From Candidatus Woesearchaeota archaeon (lineage in GTDB: Archaea; Nanobdellota; Nanobdellia; Woesearchaeales; GW2011-AR9), in assembly GCA_945861715.1 (NCBI GenBank), contig CAMAVK010000003.1, forward strand, positions 3,344 to 67,343: DNA of 64,000 nt. The letters are read 5' to 3'. The position numbers were made by a program, and so were the translations under genes. Positions 48,904 to 58,789 of the stretch are shown piece after piece (the first letter of the stretch is position 1; every line of letters begins with the position of its first letter). The notes under the pieces were generated by a model. It was not told where the DNA came from. It searched no databases and was given only the letters and a program-made list of their open reading frames with translations.

Positions 48904-49503
48904 CTAAAACAAAGCGAACGCCATCCAACTCATTACCGCCCCCGCAATCAACGGGATTAACAAATTATCATCAATTTGTACACCACCAATACGAATTGCA
49001 ATGGATTCCACTATTAATGCACATAGTGACCCAAAAAATGCAAGCCAAAACGGAACAACTAAAAGAGCAGCAAACATCCCACATACTATTCCTGCAATTA
49101 ATCCCTCAAACATCCGCACCGGACCAATGGACAACGGATTTCGCCTCCGACCGAGTCCCGCTCCGACAAGATGCGCAGCAGAATCTCCAAACGTCAGTAT
49201 CAAAATTGATGCAACCGCAATATCCAACGAAAACAACAGTGACACAAGCGTAGCAGACAAAAAGAAGAAAAATATCCCCCGACCCGGGAATGATTTAATG
49301 TACTGTGGTCTCTCAAAATTTTCTAAAAACCAGGAGATAAAGGGCAATCGAGTATGTAATGTGAGAAGAACCACCCCCCCACCAAGCAAAGTCACAACCC
49401 CTATCAATATCCAGTTAAAATATCCAAAATAGAGCCCGCAACTGAGTATCAATCCTAAACAAACATGAAACACTTTGCGTCGGATTTCAAAAGATGAGAT
49501 CAT
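48904..49503 (-). CDS. dolichol/phytol kinase family (SEC59/DGK1/VTE5) membrane protein
   Basis: EIRRKVFH, FGDSAAHLVG, EG, DDNLLIP. Confidence 0.88.
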   Translation of the reverse strand: MISSFEIRRKVFHVCLGLILSCGLYFGYFNWILIGVVTLLGGGVVLLTLHTRLPFISWFLENFERPQYIKSFPGRGIFFFFLSATLVSLLFSLDIAVASILILTFGDSAAHLVGAGLGRRRNPLSIGPVRMFEGLIAGIVCGMFAALLVVPFWLAFFGSLCALIVESIAIRIGGVQIDDNLLIPLIAGAVMSWMAFALF

Positions 49504-49618
49504 ATCTCATTAGCCCATTTCTAGGTTTATAACCGTTATGGGTAACATCATAGCCTAAAGCTCTGATTTAACCTATTGCCTCAATACATTATTAAAGACA
49601 AGAGACTCCCTATACAAC

Positions 49619-50866
49619 ATGCATCCAAAAATTATTGTCTTTGGCGACACCGAACTCGGAGCAGGAACCATCACAGATGACTTCATAGCTGACGTCGAAC
49701 TCTCAAAAGTTATTCGAAAATACTCAAAGACCAAAGAAACAATTGACATGGTATTCAATGGAGATACCTTTGATTATCTAAAATGCCCGGTAATCATCAA
49801 CAAACATTCTTCATATCCAAGACATATAACTTCAAAAATATCCCTTCACAAAACAAAACTGATATTTTCCGCTCATCATGAAGTCATCTCCGCAATGCGA
49901 GACTTTGCAAAAAATAATAATCACCAAATCTACTTCCTCTATGGGAACCATGATCCTGATATCAAATTTCCAGAAGTACAATCACTATTTTATAAAGAAT
50001 TAAAATCCAAAAAAAACATTCATTTTCAAACACGTTACGAACGTCCAGGTCTACACATTGAACACGGCGACGCCTACGATGTGCTGCATCAAGTTCAACA
50101 TGATGACCATTTCATCACATATCGCGGAAATAAGATCCTCAATCTGCCATACGTTTCTTACGGATTAATGGATAAATTTATGGTGATAAAAGAAATTCAT
50201 CCATTTCTCGAAAGAATTAAACCAGAATCTGAACTCTTTAGACATCATAAAGAAATAGCCAAAATCATAACATCTAAATCAGCAAGTTATTTTATGAAAT
50301 CCATTTTTTATTATCCGTTGCGTCATTTCAAAGATCCAACATATACTCTCCCAAAAGGTCTCTTCGAAGAATTCATTCATCGTGCGCGTGCCGCCGGATT
50401 TTATGTAGGATCCGTCATCCCACTCTTCAAGTCTAAAAATCATGATAAACTCTTAAATCATGATCATCAAAATGTGTACATCTTAGGGCATCGGCATGAC
50501 TACGTAATTGACTCTGTCGGAAAAAATACAATAATGCATCCCGACACCTGGCGTGATGAATATATACTTGATCCTAAAACAAAATTACTCAAACCAAAAG
50601 ACAAGCATTACATCGAATTACAAAAAAAAGGGCATGATTGGAAATACAAAGTTCACACTGTTAAATCAATTCGCCCATCATTTGATTTCAATTACGTAAC
50701 CAAAAATGAAGTAGAAGCAGCAAATATAGCTGCGGCTGAAGAAGGATATGTTCCACCACGCAACCACATACGACACAAACCTACCTCAACCAAAGGAAGA
50801 TTCAGATCATATAGAGAGAACCGAGCAAAGAAAAAAGCGGCATCCCAAAAAAACAAATTAAAATAA
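49619..50866 (+). CDS. calcineurin-like metallophosphoesterase
   Basis: GDTE, NGDTFD, GNHD, EHGD, LGHRH. Confidence 0.8.
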   Translation: MHPKIIVFGDTELGAGTITDDFIADVELSKVIRKYSKTKETIDMVFNGDTFDYLKCPVIINKHSSYPRHITSKISLHKTKLIFSAHHEVISAMRDFAKNNNHQIYFLYGNHDPDIKFPEVQSLFYKELKSKKNIHFQTRYERPGLHIEHGDAYDVLHQVQHDDHFITYRGNKILNLPYVSYGLMDKFMVIKEIHPFLERIKPESELFRHHKEIAKIITSKSASYFMKSIFYYPLRHFKDPTYTLPKGLFEEFIHRARAAGFYVGSVIPLFKSKNHDKLLNHDHQNVYILGHRHDYVIDSVGKNTIMHPDTWRDEYILDPKTKLLKPKDKHYIELQKKGHDWKYKVHTVKSIRPSFDFNYVTKNEVEAANIAAAEEGYVPPRNHIRHKPTSTKGRFRSYRENRAKKKAASQKNKLK

Positions 50867-50901
50867 ACTCATTTTACCCTACATAACCCGTTCTTCATTA
50901 T

Positions 50902-51519
50902 TCACGTATCCTTGAGATAAATAAACATCGTACATTCTCCTCGAAGCTGTTCTTCATCATGAATTACAACTCTATCAACCACAGAAGCAAATTTCTCTTC
51001 CACATATTTTTTTACAAAGGCAGAGCTTTCAATATGGTATTTTCCTGGCACAAGAAATGTCATATCAGATAAAAAATTCAACACGACCCCCGTGCCGGCA
51101 AGACCAATCATCGCATCCACCATTAAAAGAAACGTTTCATGAAATCCTGGCTCTTCAATATTAAGAGAGCCAATACAAAAAACATAGTCCGCTCTTTCAA
51201 TATCATCCTTCAAAATATTAGCACACAATACGCGCGCATCTGGATGATTTTTTTGACATATTGATACCATTTCAGGCAAAATATCCACTCCAGTGTACTG
51301 CACCTGTTCCTGAGATGATTTCAAATAAGAAAGCAACCCTCCCGTACCACATCCAATATCTAATATTGAACAACCCGAAAGCACACCTACCTCACAAGCT
51401 AACTTAAATCTCAAAGCATACTCTACTGTATCGTCCCATCCCATGGAACGTATATCCTCAGGAGAATAGCGCGACAACTGTTCCCGATAAAAATCTTCAA
51501 CCGCGTTGAACCTATCCAT
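50902..51519 (-). CDS. class I SAM-dependent methyltransferase
   Basis: ILDIGCGTG, YTGVDI; start placed at ATG 51519. Confidence 0.88.
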   Translation of the reverse strand: MDRFNAVEDFYREQLSRYSPEDIRSMGWDDTVEYALRFKLACEVGVLSGCSILDIGCGTGGLLSYLKSSQEQVQYTGVDILPEMVSICQKNHPDARVLCANILKDDIERADYVFCIGSLNIEEPGFHETFLLMVDAMIGLAGTGVVLNFLSDMTFLVPGKYHIESSAFVKKYVEEKFASVVDRVVIHDEEQLRGECTMFIYLKDT

Positions 51520-51574
51520 AAAGTTAGTTCTTGTTAGGCAATCTTTAAAAACGTTCACCTCTCATCCCTCTTAA

Positions 51575-52135
51575 ATGAACAGTCCTATCGCCGCAAGCCT
51601 TGTCGAACCAACTTCGGAAAATAAAACTTTATCAGATATCACTCTATCCAAGACAAATTCTTCCCCTCAAACAAAGAATAACACGCCAACAACACTCATC
51701 GCACCTCTAGATGTAGACGGAACAATTGCGCTTGAAACAATTATTGAACAATCCTCAACACCAAACAGCAACCCTTCTTATACCGAAAAAGACTTTGAAC
51801 GCGCACTCACCTACGGAAAGCAAGAACCTCCAAAAGCAGAACAACTAAACGTGCAATATGGAAGAGAAAAATCACCTGAAGAACAACCAAACCTCTATAA
51901 AAAACAAACAGAAGAAGATGAAAAATCCACTGCATCCGAAACCATGACCACGCAAGAAGCAAACAGCAAACTGCAAGACATCCAATACGCCCAAGTCACA
52001 GGAAACATCCAAGCTCTAGACTTACAAGAACGCAGACGATTCGCGACTTGGGCCCAATACAACCCTGAGTTTCTCTCATTATTTCATCGAATCCACGCTG
52101 TAACAGGCGACGTAAATTACAGCAGAACATTCTAA
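51575..52135 (+). CDS. hypothetical low-complexity protein
   Basis: ATG ORF, S/T/E/Q rich. Confidence 0.55.
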   Translation: MNSPIAASLVEPTSENKTLSDITLSKTNSSPQTKNNTPTTLIAPLDVDGTIALETIIEQSSTPNSNPSYTEKDFERALTYGKQEPPKAEQLNVQYGREKSPEEQPNLYKKQTEEDEKSTASETMTTQEANSKLQDIQYAQVTGNIQALDLQERRRFATWAQYNPEFLSLFHRIHAVTGDVNYSRTF

Positions 52136-52209
52136 ATACTAAATAATACATTACTGCTAAGTAGTAACGAGGAGAAAGATTTATAAATAATTCCTCATTT
52201 TGAGGATAT

Positions 52210-52821
52210 ATGGTAATATTTGCAGGAATTCAAACAAACGTAACCGCTGTTCAACAACACGACGCTTTGGACAGTGACTATCACACCACCTTTAAAAAAC
52301 GCTTCCGTTCCGACGAATTAGAAGAAGTTGTCTTATATGGTGATTCCGGTGGACGAAATCATGCGCTTTATCCAAAAGATGGGTATCTTGCTCTTCGTGA
52401 CGTACAATGCTTTGGCGGTCCAGATGTTTGTCAAGCGTTACTTAACTCTGAGGAGTTTCGGTTAAAGAATGGCGTGTATACGCCCTACGTACAAATGAGT
52501 CACCTAGGTTCATTCAAAAGAAGTTTATCCACACTCTTCCAACTAGAACGTGTATCACAAAATCCTGTTGAAATAAGCGGCCTTATCTCACTCAATGCTG
52601 ATGGAGCTTCTGAATTCAAAGAAACTGATTCTTACTTTATTCAAGAAAAAGAAAAGGTCGATACATTCATCACTAAATATAATGAAGCAAAGCAGAACTC
52701 AACTCATGGTTTTCCTGTGCTCGAAGGTTATATGACTGGAATAAAACGAGATCGTGGGATCGAAGTACTTAATGCTGTGTTTGGCGAAGATTTAGTTCGA
52801 AAGCTTAGCATAAAGAAATAG
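52210..52821 (+). CDS. hypothetical protein
   Basis: BRE-TATA GAAAGATTTATAAA and GAGG SD. Confidence 0.65.
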   Translation: MVIFAGIQTNVTAVQQHDALDSDYHTTFKKRFRSDELEEVVLYGDSGGRNHALYPKDGYLALRDVQCFGGPDVCQALLNSEEFRLKNGVYTPYVQMSHLGSFKRSLSTLFQLERVSQNPVEISGLISLNADGASEFKETDSYFIQEKEKVDTFITKYNEAKQNSTHGFPVLEGYMTGIKRDRGIEVLNAVFGEDLVRKLSIKK

Positions 52822-52892
52822 ATTTTTTGTATTCTTCTTTTATTTTTTTAAGCTTTAAAGAAGTTCTCTATAAAATAATTTTATTCTCTTAT

Positions 52893-53651
52893 TCACTTCC
52901 ACATTTCTAACATTTCTTCTTCCATGAAATGCAATTTACTCGGAATTATCACACAATGTGGAGGCGCACCAAAATCAATCTTCTTAATAGCGCCAAGCGG
53001 ACCGGATTTAATCATGAAGTCAGAGCGACCAAGTCGCGCACAACCAACAACTAAAGTAGAATCTTTAATCACTCCCTCACCAAGTCGTTTCTCAATACCT
53101 TCTAAAATAGTAAGTGCCGAATTAACCGTCATAAACTTTCCTAAGCCGGGTTTCAAATCAAGTAGACATAGCGTATGAGCACCTAGCATATGATTTTCTC
53201 GAATAATATGATACGGCCCTTCCAGTTGCGGAACGTCTTCAATGAATGGTATAGAAGTTGTTTTCCCAAATTTATACAATTGTAACCCCGTACGACCAAT
53301 AGCACTCAGAACAGACCCATTATGTACCACTTCAACATTCACTCCTCTCTCAAGTGCCGCTCGATACATTTCAATATGAGTCGTTGCAGAAAACGGATCT
53401 CCAATAACTAAAAATGCAACATCTTTATTCTGAGCTAAATCGATAATAATATCCTCTCCCTGCTCTGTCATGGCACGGTCAGCCGGAATCAACTTTTTAC
53501 CATAGAATTTCTCTAAATCCGCAATCGAACAAGATAGAAGTGATGTATATGTTTCAAAGTACACAGCCTCACATAACTTCACAATTTCAAGACCACGTAC
53601 TGTTATATCCTTCTCATCTCCTAGACCAAGTCCAATTAAATAAAGCGTCAT
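52893..53651 (-). CDS. dph5: diphthine synthase
   Basis: LYLIGLGL.DEKDITVRG, ETYTS, GDPFSATTH, GLQLYKFGKT, HTLCLLD, LHFME. Confidence 0.95.
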   Translation of the reverse strand: MTLYLIGLGLGDEKDITVRGLEIVKLCEAVYFETYTSLLSCSIADLEKFYGKKLIPADRAMTEQGEDIIIDLAQNKDVAFLVIGDPFSATTHIEMYRAALERGVNVEVVHNGSVLSAIGRTGLQLYKFGKTTSIPFIEDVPQLEGPYHIIRENHMLGAHTLCLLDLKPGLGKFMTVNSALTILEGIEKRLGEGVIKDSTLVVGCARLGRSDFMIKSGPLGAIKKIDFGAPPHCVIIPSKLHFMEEEMLEMWK

Positions 53652-53719
53652 AGAGAATCAAAACATCCCCGTTTTTATAAGAGTTCGCTTTGAAAAAAAT
53701 ATATCCCCTAAAATCAGCT

Positions 53720-54370
53720 CTACTGTGAAAAACGATAACTCCACTTCCGAAAGTGTGGCAATACAAACCTCCCATCCTTTATTCCAGATATTTCTTGCAT
53801 GAGCGGTATTAGATCCACTTTTTTCTCACCAATGCATGCCCGATTATCTTTTCTATACCTCGACGCAATAAGATTGTGCATATCAACTAAAAACATGCCG
53901 TCTTCGCGCTCAACTATGTTCCATGCATGGGGTGCTGATATTTCTTGATGTGAGGAGGGATCATTGTATTGAAGTAAACCCCAAATCGTGTACACCTCTC
54001 TTTCATTTCCTTGTTCATGTAAATGATACAACAATGATTTCTCAAGGCATTCACCATATTTTCGATCAACCGCTTCAGACAACGGACATACCATCTTTCC
54101 GACTTCATTACGTCGAGAAGGAATAAAAAGCGTTTTCCATGCTTCTTGATTAAACGGGTGTAATGGAGCCAGTCCACTTAAAAATTCTAACTCTGTTGCG
54201 TTTCGAGTTGCTATCTTCAAATCTACATCCAATGAGTCGATTGTATACACAAACATTCCTGGATGTAGATTTCGATAGAGAGTGTCACCTACATTAATCC
54301 TGTGATGAACTCTATGTGGAAATCGATTTTTGTATTCATCAATTGTGCCAAGAATACTCTCTTCCTTCAT
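53720..54370 (-). CDS. transglutaminase-like (Cys-His-Asp) protein
   Basis: GECLEKS...HAWNIV...LVD triad pattern. Confidence 0.65.
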   Translation of the reverse strand: MKEESILGTIDEYKNRFPHRVHHRINVGDTLYRNLHPGMFVYTIDSLDVDLKIATRNATELEFLSGLAPLHPFNQEAWKTLFIPSRRNEVGKMVCPLSEAVDRKYGECLEKSLLYHLHEQGNEREVYTIWGLLQYNDPSSHQEISAPHAWNIVEREDGMFLVDMHNLIASRYRKDNRACIGEKKVDLIPLMQEISGIKDGRFVLPHFRKWSYRFSQ

Positions 54371-54477
54371 ATTCTAGTAAAATCCACTTTTAATTAAAAA
54401 ACCGCGCTCTATATTTTTCTCATATGGAGATTTACAACTAATTAAAAATAGGGAAAAAAACAAAAAATAATCCAGTC

Positions 54478-55062
54478 CTATTTATCAAGAACCATCTCAG
54501 ACTTATCAAATCTAAACTTCGTACCTTTTGGAGCATCAGCATATCCAATGGTACACAACACCGTTGGAACTATATGAGCAGGCAAATTCAAAATTTTGGC
54601 AAATTCAACTGAATTAAACCCTTCCATAGGACAAGAGTTAATACCAAGCGACATTGCACCATTAAGTGCAAATCCAAGAGCAATATAGGTTTGCTTCTGT
54701 GCCCACACTTTTGCACCTTCACTATCAAGTCCATTCACAAATCCTCGCATCATCTCAATATATTGAGTAGCGCCAGGCATCGTGAGAGCAAGCTTATCCA
54801 CATGGGCCATTAATTGAGTATTTGCACAAAACACAATCAAGTGTGAACAAGTCGTAATCTGAGGTTGATTCCACGCCGCAACAGCTAATTTCTCTTTCAT
54901 CGCAGAATCCCGAACAACCACCATCTTATACGGTTGTATATTGAATGATGTAGGAGCAGCAAGTGTCATATCTACAATTTCAGAAAATGTCGTCTCCGGT
55001 ACTTTTCGTCCATCAAACTTTCGAGCAGCATAGCGTTGTTGTACAATTTGTTTAAATTCCAT
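54478..55062 (-). CDS. nitroreductase family NAD(P)H oxidoreductase
   Basis: RYAARKFD, APTSFNIQP, NQPQ, CPMEGF, IGY. Confidence 0.92.
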   Translation of the reverse strand: MEFKQIVQQRYAARKFDGRKVPETTFSEIVDMTLAAPTSFNIQPYKMVVVRDSAMKEKLAVAAWNQPQITTCSHLIVFCANTQLMAHVDKLALTMPGATQYIEMMRGFVNGLDSEGAKVWAQKQTYIALGFALNGAMSLGINSCPMEGFNSVEFAKILNLPAHIVPTVLCTIGYADAPKGTKFRFDKSEMVLDK

Positions 55063-55172
55063 TATTTCACCCATAAACATCCATTATATCTCCTAAAACT
55101 ATCATCAGGAGCATCACTTCACAAAAAACACTGTTAATACTGTTAAAAAGAAAGTCTTATATATAAAGGCAC

Positions 55173-55192
55173 TAGTTACCACCAAGAAACTA
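55173..55192. promoter_or_regulatory. imperfect dyad TAGTTAC-N6-GAAACTA, candidate HxlR-family operator
   Basis: in the divergent nitroreductase/HxlR promoter region next to TTATATATAAA. Confidence 0.45.
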
Positions 55193-55212
55193 ATAATCAA
55201 ATCAATCACAAA

Positions 55213-55512
55213 ATGCAAACCTGCCCGATCGCTCAAACCTTAGAAGGTCTATCCAAGAAGTGGACTCTTCTTCTGCTCCACGACCTAAACACGCATCCAA
55301 CCAGACGCTTCACTCAACTCATAACGGATTATCCTGATATCAGCTCGAAAACACTAGCCCAAAGACTATTCGAATTAGAAAAACAGGGCCTCATCACTAA
55401 AACAAAATTCAAAGAATCGCCTCCCCGCATAGAATATCGCCTCACGCTAAAAGGCAAGGAGTTAATTGGATGTTTCAAATCCATCGAACAATGGGCTAAG
55501 AAATATGCATAA
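55213..55512 (+). CDS. HxlR/YodB/HypR family (MarR DUF24) redox-sensing regulator
   Basis: CPI..L..L..KW.L, RF, ISSKTL..RL.ELE..GLI, PPRIEY.LT..G. Confidence 0.92.
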   Translation: MQTCPIAQTLEGLSKKWTLLLLHDLNTHPTRRFTQLITDYPDISSKTLAQRLFELEKQGLITKTKFKESPPRIEYRLTLKGKELIGCFKSIEQWAKKYA

Positions 55513-55533
55513 AATAAAGAAAATGTCACCTAA

Positions 55534-56931
55534 TTATTTTTTCTGATGCATAAAAAGTTCAAGTGCTGTCAAACTCATCGGCTCACGAACTGCTCGCCAA
55601 ACCGCATCTCCCCCATATTCAGCTGCAAGTTTAGATACTCGTTGCAAACCAGGATGATACGCAGGACCACCATACAATTTCATAAATTCATCGCGTCGTC
55701 CAGACGTAATTCCACGAGCACGTTGTGCAATAGAATCTGGCAACATCCCATAAGAAATTCCTTGGGCTATAATCTCATCTGATGATTGTGGTTTCTCATC
55801 AAAGTGCGCAGCGACTTGATGGCCAAGTAATGCCCGATTCAACAGGTATAAACTCAACTCGACATCCACTATCTTTGGATCAATATATCGCCCCGCAAAT
55901 TCATGATAGAAAGAAATTCCTTGATCAGCCATGCCCTCTTGAGTACAGCATTGATTTGTCTCCATGGTTCCAATATGACCCATCGCATCTCCAGTTTCAC
56001 GAGCATATTGGTCCCATAACACCGTTAACCGAAAATGACCACCAATTTCATGAGCCGTTGTAATTAATAAATCTGCAATTGTTCCATTATCATGAGGTAC
56101 AATAAATGATTGAGCTTGAAATGCGCCATTTCCTCGTCCATAATCAAATGATCCCCCAGTACCTTCACTTGCTTTTGAGGAATCAACAAACTTGACATGT
56201 GCTTCTTTTGGAAAATGAGGATCAATTTCTTTGATATACGCAATAAGTGCATTACCTATCTCTTGATACCCAGAAAAATACGCCTCCTTTCCCTGCACTG
56301 TTTCCATCTTAGTTCGCATTTCTGCGACACGTTCAGAAAACGTACCATTTGTAAAACCTAAACCGTTGAGTTGATTCATGATATCAGCTCGCATGGAATC
56401 CATCTCCAAAATTGTTGGCGTAGGATCAACACTTAAACCAGTTACCCCTAACACACATTCACCATAACTTGGAGCTGTAACTCCCTCAATTCCTAGTTTT
56501 GCACCATACACACGAGCAAATAATTCCAAACTTCGAGCCTCATCAACCCGCGTTTGACGCACTATTGGTTCACGAATCCACAACGCTTTCTCTTGAAGTT
56601 CTTTGATTTTTTTAAGTGGGTTATACCTCTGCCATATTGCCACCTGACTATTTCGTACCACATCGGATTGCTTTTGTATCTCAGACTGATCAGTTATAGC
56701 ATGAAGTTCTTTTAATTGTGACCTCACTCGATCTAAATCCGCATTGGTATACGTTCTTGGAAGATGTTGCACCGCACTCACACAATCAAATATAATTCTT
56801 GGATCATCATAAGGGCCTAATCCCCCCGCAATAATTTCAAGCACCAGAATTAACTCCGCTCGCGCATCACCAAAATTCAAAATAGCATCACCAAAATGCA
56901 AAATAGATCGTTCGTTTCTTATCATACTCAA
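55534..56931 (-). CDS. putative gluzincin metallopeptidase (DUF885-like)
   Basis: AHEIGGH and QEGMA motifs. Confidence 0.55.
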   Translation of the reverse strand: MSMIRNERSILHFGDAILNFGDARAELILVLEIIAGGLGPYDDPRIIFDCVSAVQHLPRTYTNADLDRVRSQLKELHAITDQSEIQKQSDVVRNSQVAIWQRYNPLKKIKELQEKALWIREPIVRQTRVDEARSLELFARVYGAKLGIEGVTAPSYGECVLGVTGLSVDPTPTILEMDSMRADIMNQLNGLGFTNGTFSERVAEMRTKMETVQGKEAYFSGYQEIGNALIAYIKEIDPHFPKEAHVKFVDSSKASEGTGGSFDYGRGNGAFQAQSFIVPHDNGTIADLLITTAHEIGGHFRLTVLWDQYARETGDAMGHIGTMETNQCCTQEGMADQGISFYHEFAGRYIDPKIVDVELSLYLLNRALLGHQVAAHFDEKPQSSDEIIAQGISYGMLPDSIAQRARGITSGRRDEFMKLYGGPAYHPGLQRVSKLAAEYGGDAVWRAVREPMSLTALELFMHQKK

Positions 56932-57021
56932 AAAAGTTAATTATTCCTATTTAAACATTTTGAAGTTCAAGAAGAGAAATGCACATAGTATCAGAAAAAA
57001 TAAATAAACAAATCACAATGT

Positions 57022-58698
57022 CTATTTTAACATCTTAACAACATACGGTCCTTCCGACACATACCCCAACTTCTTGCGATAATACTCTCGAACGCCCACT
57101 CCTGATATAACCACAATCTTATCTTTACCATGAGCAATACAAATCTCTTCCGCTTTCTTCATCAATTTCTGTCCCCATCCTCTATGTTGAACTCCCCCTG
57201 CGTCTCCAATACCCGTTGCTGTTCCATACACGTGCAACTCTCGTAAAATACCAGAAGTTAAAGTAATCTCAGGACGTAAACTTTCGAACGGAAATCGCAA
57301 TCGTGCAAAGCCAATAATAACATCATGCTCGGTATCCTCAGCTGAAATAAAAAACTCCGCACCTTTTGACCCACTATACTCCTGCACTTTTACAACAACC
57401 TTATCCCACGAAATGACTGTTTTACCAGGTTCCCGACATCGTATACAGCGACACTGCACATTAAAATTTTCCATGAAATACTGTCTAAAGTTCGTCATCT
57501 CAACGCCAGCAACCCATTGCTTTGTTGGAACATCCCTCTGAATCCTCATAATACGGCAATACTCCGGAATTATTTTTTTCAACTCCGCAATACGCAACGC
57601 TGCTTCAGCAGCATCAATGGGTACAAATTTCCCTGACACAAAATCAGCATACAATGCCGTACCGCGTGACACCATGCATGGATAGACCTTCAACATATCA
57701 GGTCGAAAGTCTGGGTTTGAGAACAATTCCTGCAATCCAGCAATATCTCGCTCTCGAGATGTCAGTGGAAGTCCAGGCATATAATGCCCAGTAATTTTAA
57801 ATCCTAAATCCTTCAACTCGCGAATGCTTTGAATAGTGTCCGCAATTGTGTGACCGCGGTGAATGTGTGCTACAACATCATCATACACACTCTGAATTCC
57901 AAGTTCTACTCGTGTGCATCCAAACCGAAGTAACTCTTGTCCATGCAATGCAAATCCCCAATCCGGTTTTGTTTCAACACACAGTGCAACGCATCGAATC
58001 TGTGACGTCTCATTAATCTTCTGCTCCTCTTCAAGTACACAGTCTCCGCGCATCAACATTAATTTCGCTTTCACCCTATCTTCTCGATCCTTATTTCCAA
58101 CCGTCTCAACTGGCAGCTCAAAAAATTCCTTAAATTTTAAATACAAAAATTCCCCATTCTCAAAAAACATAGTAGAAAAATCATTCATCGCTTTAAACGC
58201 GTATCGAACAAACTCTTCCTGATAATCTGCTGGCATTGCAGGAAATGTCCCGCCCATCAAAATAAGCTCTACTTTCTCAAAATTATGGCCCATAATGGCA
58301 TATTGCTCTAAGCGGTTAAACACCTGCATATAAGAATCATAGTTATTGCGAATCCCACGCATCGTAGCAGGTTCTTTTCCGGTATAAGATTGCGGAACCG
58401 AACCAAAATACGAGTTAGGTCCACCCGGGCACATCGTACATTTTCCATGCGGACACGGCTCAGGCCGAGTCATAATAGCTACCGGTGCCACCCCAGCTGC
58501 TGAGCGAACAGGCTTACTCATCAACTTCGTCTTACAAAACTCAAACTCCGATGCCGGGGCAGTAAACAACACTTCCATATTCATCGGAATGCGTGACACG
58601 CCATACTTTGTACATAGATCTCTTTTAAGCGCATTAAACTCCTTGTCAGTATAATCACGAAGACGAAGTGCGGCAATAAGTTCTGAAAATAGATCCAT
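57022..58698 (-). CDS. elp3: tRNA uridine(34) acetyltransferase Elp3 (radical SAM + GNAT)
   Basis: CPHGKCTMCPGG, PQSYTGKEP, LMGGTF, RIQRD, RELHVYG, QHRGWG, ISGVGVREYY. Confidence 0.96.
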   Translation of the reverse strand: MDLFSELIAALRLRDYTDKEFNALKRDLCTKYGVSRIPMNMEVLFTAPASEFEFCKTKLMSKPVRSAAGVAPVAIMTRPEPCPHGKCTMCPGGPNSYFGSVPQSYTGKEPATMRGIRNNYDSYMQVFNRLEQYAIMGHNFEKVELILMGGTFPAMPADYQEEFVRYAFKAMNDFSTMFFENGEFLYLKFKEFFELPVETVGNKDREDRVKAKLMLMRGDCVLEEEQKINETSQIRCVALCVETKPDWGFALHGQELLRFGCTRVELGIQSVYDDVVAHIHRGHTIADTIQSIRELKDLGFKITGHYMPGLPLTSRERDIAGLQELFSNPDFRPDMLKVYPCMVSRGTALYADFVSGKFVPIDAAEAALRIAELKKIIPEYCRIMRIQRDVPTKQWVAGVEMTNFRQYFMENFNVQCRCIRCREPGKTVISWDKVVVKVQEYSGSKGAEFFISAEDTEHDVIIGFARLRFPFESLRPEITLTSGILRELHVYGTATGIGDAGGVQHRGWGQKLMKKAEEICIAHGKDKIVVISGVGVREYYRKKLGYVSEGPYVVKMLK

Positions 58699-58789
58699 AA
58701 TGCTCTATTTTGAGAGCTATAATAAAAACATTCTCATTAAAATGACCAAAATCCCATTATCTTTTTTTGACTCGAACACAGCTCTACAT

